Part shown: positions 36,951 to 37,508 of the stretch, in pieces
Layout: each line of letters begins with the position of its first letter
Position numbering within the stretch: the first letter of the stretch is position 1
Assembly: GCA_036272115.1 (NCBI GenBank)
Contig: DATAZJ010000386.1
Span: 1 to 37,508, forward strand
Length of the DNA: 37,508 bases
Direction: 5' to 3'
Source of the DNA: Rhodopila sp.
Lineage (GTDB): Bacteria > Pseudomonadota > Alphaproteobacteria > Acetobacterales > Acetobacteraceae
Translations under genes and position numbers: made by a program
The notes under the pieces: generated by a model
Databases searched by the model: none
Seen by the model: only the letters and a program-made list of their open reading frames with translations
What the model was told of the DNA's origin: nothing

Positions 36951-37508
36951 ATGACCGATCTCTATGCCCGCTACACCCGCCTGCGTTTCGACCGTCCGCA
37001 TCCCAAGGTGTTGCGCATCACCATGGACAATGGCCGCATGAACACGGCCGACGATGCCATGCACGGCGAACTGGCCGATATCTGGCGCGACGTCGACCGC
37101 GATGCGACGGTCAATGCGGTGATCATCACCGGTGCCGGGAAGGTGTTCTCGGCCGGTGGCGACTTCGGCATGATCCAGCAGAACATCGACGATTTCGACG
37201 CGCGTGCCCGGCAGTGGAAGGAAGCGCGCGATATCGTCTACAACGTGATCAACTGCTCCAAGCCGGTGGTCAGCGCGATGCGCGGCGTCGCGGTTGGTGC
37301 CGGACTGGTGTGCGGCATGCTGGCGGACGTTTCGATCGCAACCAAGGATTGCCGCATCATCGACGGTCATACGCGGCTGGGCGTCGCCGCGGGTGACCAT
37401 GCCGCCATCATCTGGCCGCTGCTTTGCGGTCTGGCCAAGGCGAAATACTATCTGCTGCTGTGCGAGCAGATCCTGGGGGCGGAAGCGGAACGTATCGGTC
37501 TGATCAGC
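36951..37508 (+). CDS. Enoyl-CoA hydratase/isomerase family protein (3' end runs off the window)
   Basis: Translated by hand: MTDLYARY..VLRITM..MN..AVIITGAGKVFSAGGD..KPVVSAMRGVAVGAG..ADVSIA..DGHTRLGVAAGDH. RBS GGAG at 36941. Confidence 0.92.
   Translation, partial: MTDLYARYTRLRFDRPHPKVLRITMDNGRMNTADDAMHGELADIWRDVDRDATVNAVIITGAGKVFSAGGDFGMIQQNIDDFDARARQWKEARDIVYNVINCSKPVVSAMRGVAVGAGLVCGMLADVSIATKDCRIIDGHTRLGVAAGDHAAIIWPLLCGLAKAKYYLLLCEQILGAEAERIGLIS

Overview
GC-rich window, probably alphaproteobacterial (inferred from gene content and EcfG-type promoter motifs). It holds four blocks. (1) 1-12774: the 5' part of a FAAL-ACP-KS-AT-KR type I PKS on the minus strand, which runs off the window and is missed by the ORF track. 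Next to it are two DUF697 paralogues, an orphan TpsB/ShlB-type Omp85 transporter with a duplicated POTRA pair, an SPFH/prohibitin protein and an orphan TAXI solute-binding protein. (2) 13075-25171: an F9-type chemosensory operon (DosM-like double-signalling-domain cytoplasmic MCP, triple CheW, CheB, HEAT protein, CheR, CheY, CheA), followed by a response regulator / CheC-like / PAS hybrid kinase triad. (3) 25267-36800: a probable general-stress island with three AAAC-N16-CGTT promoter motifs. It carries a PPC protein, an SDR, a TPP enzyme, an enolase-superfamily enzyme, a His-rich duplicated membrane protein, Gad3-like and GMC oxidoreductase genes, a GT2/ACAD/PIG-L/NodS four-gene cassette and a small basic stress protein. 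(4) From 36951: the 5' part of an enoyl-CoA hydratase. No rRNA, tRNA, CRISPR array or transposase was seen. All product calls come from reading motifs by eye; no database search was run.
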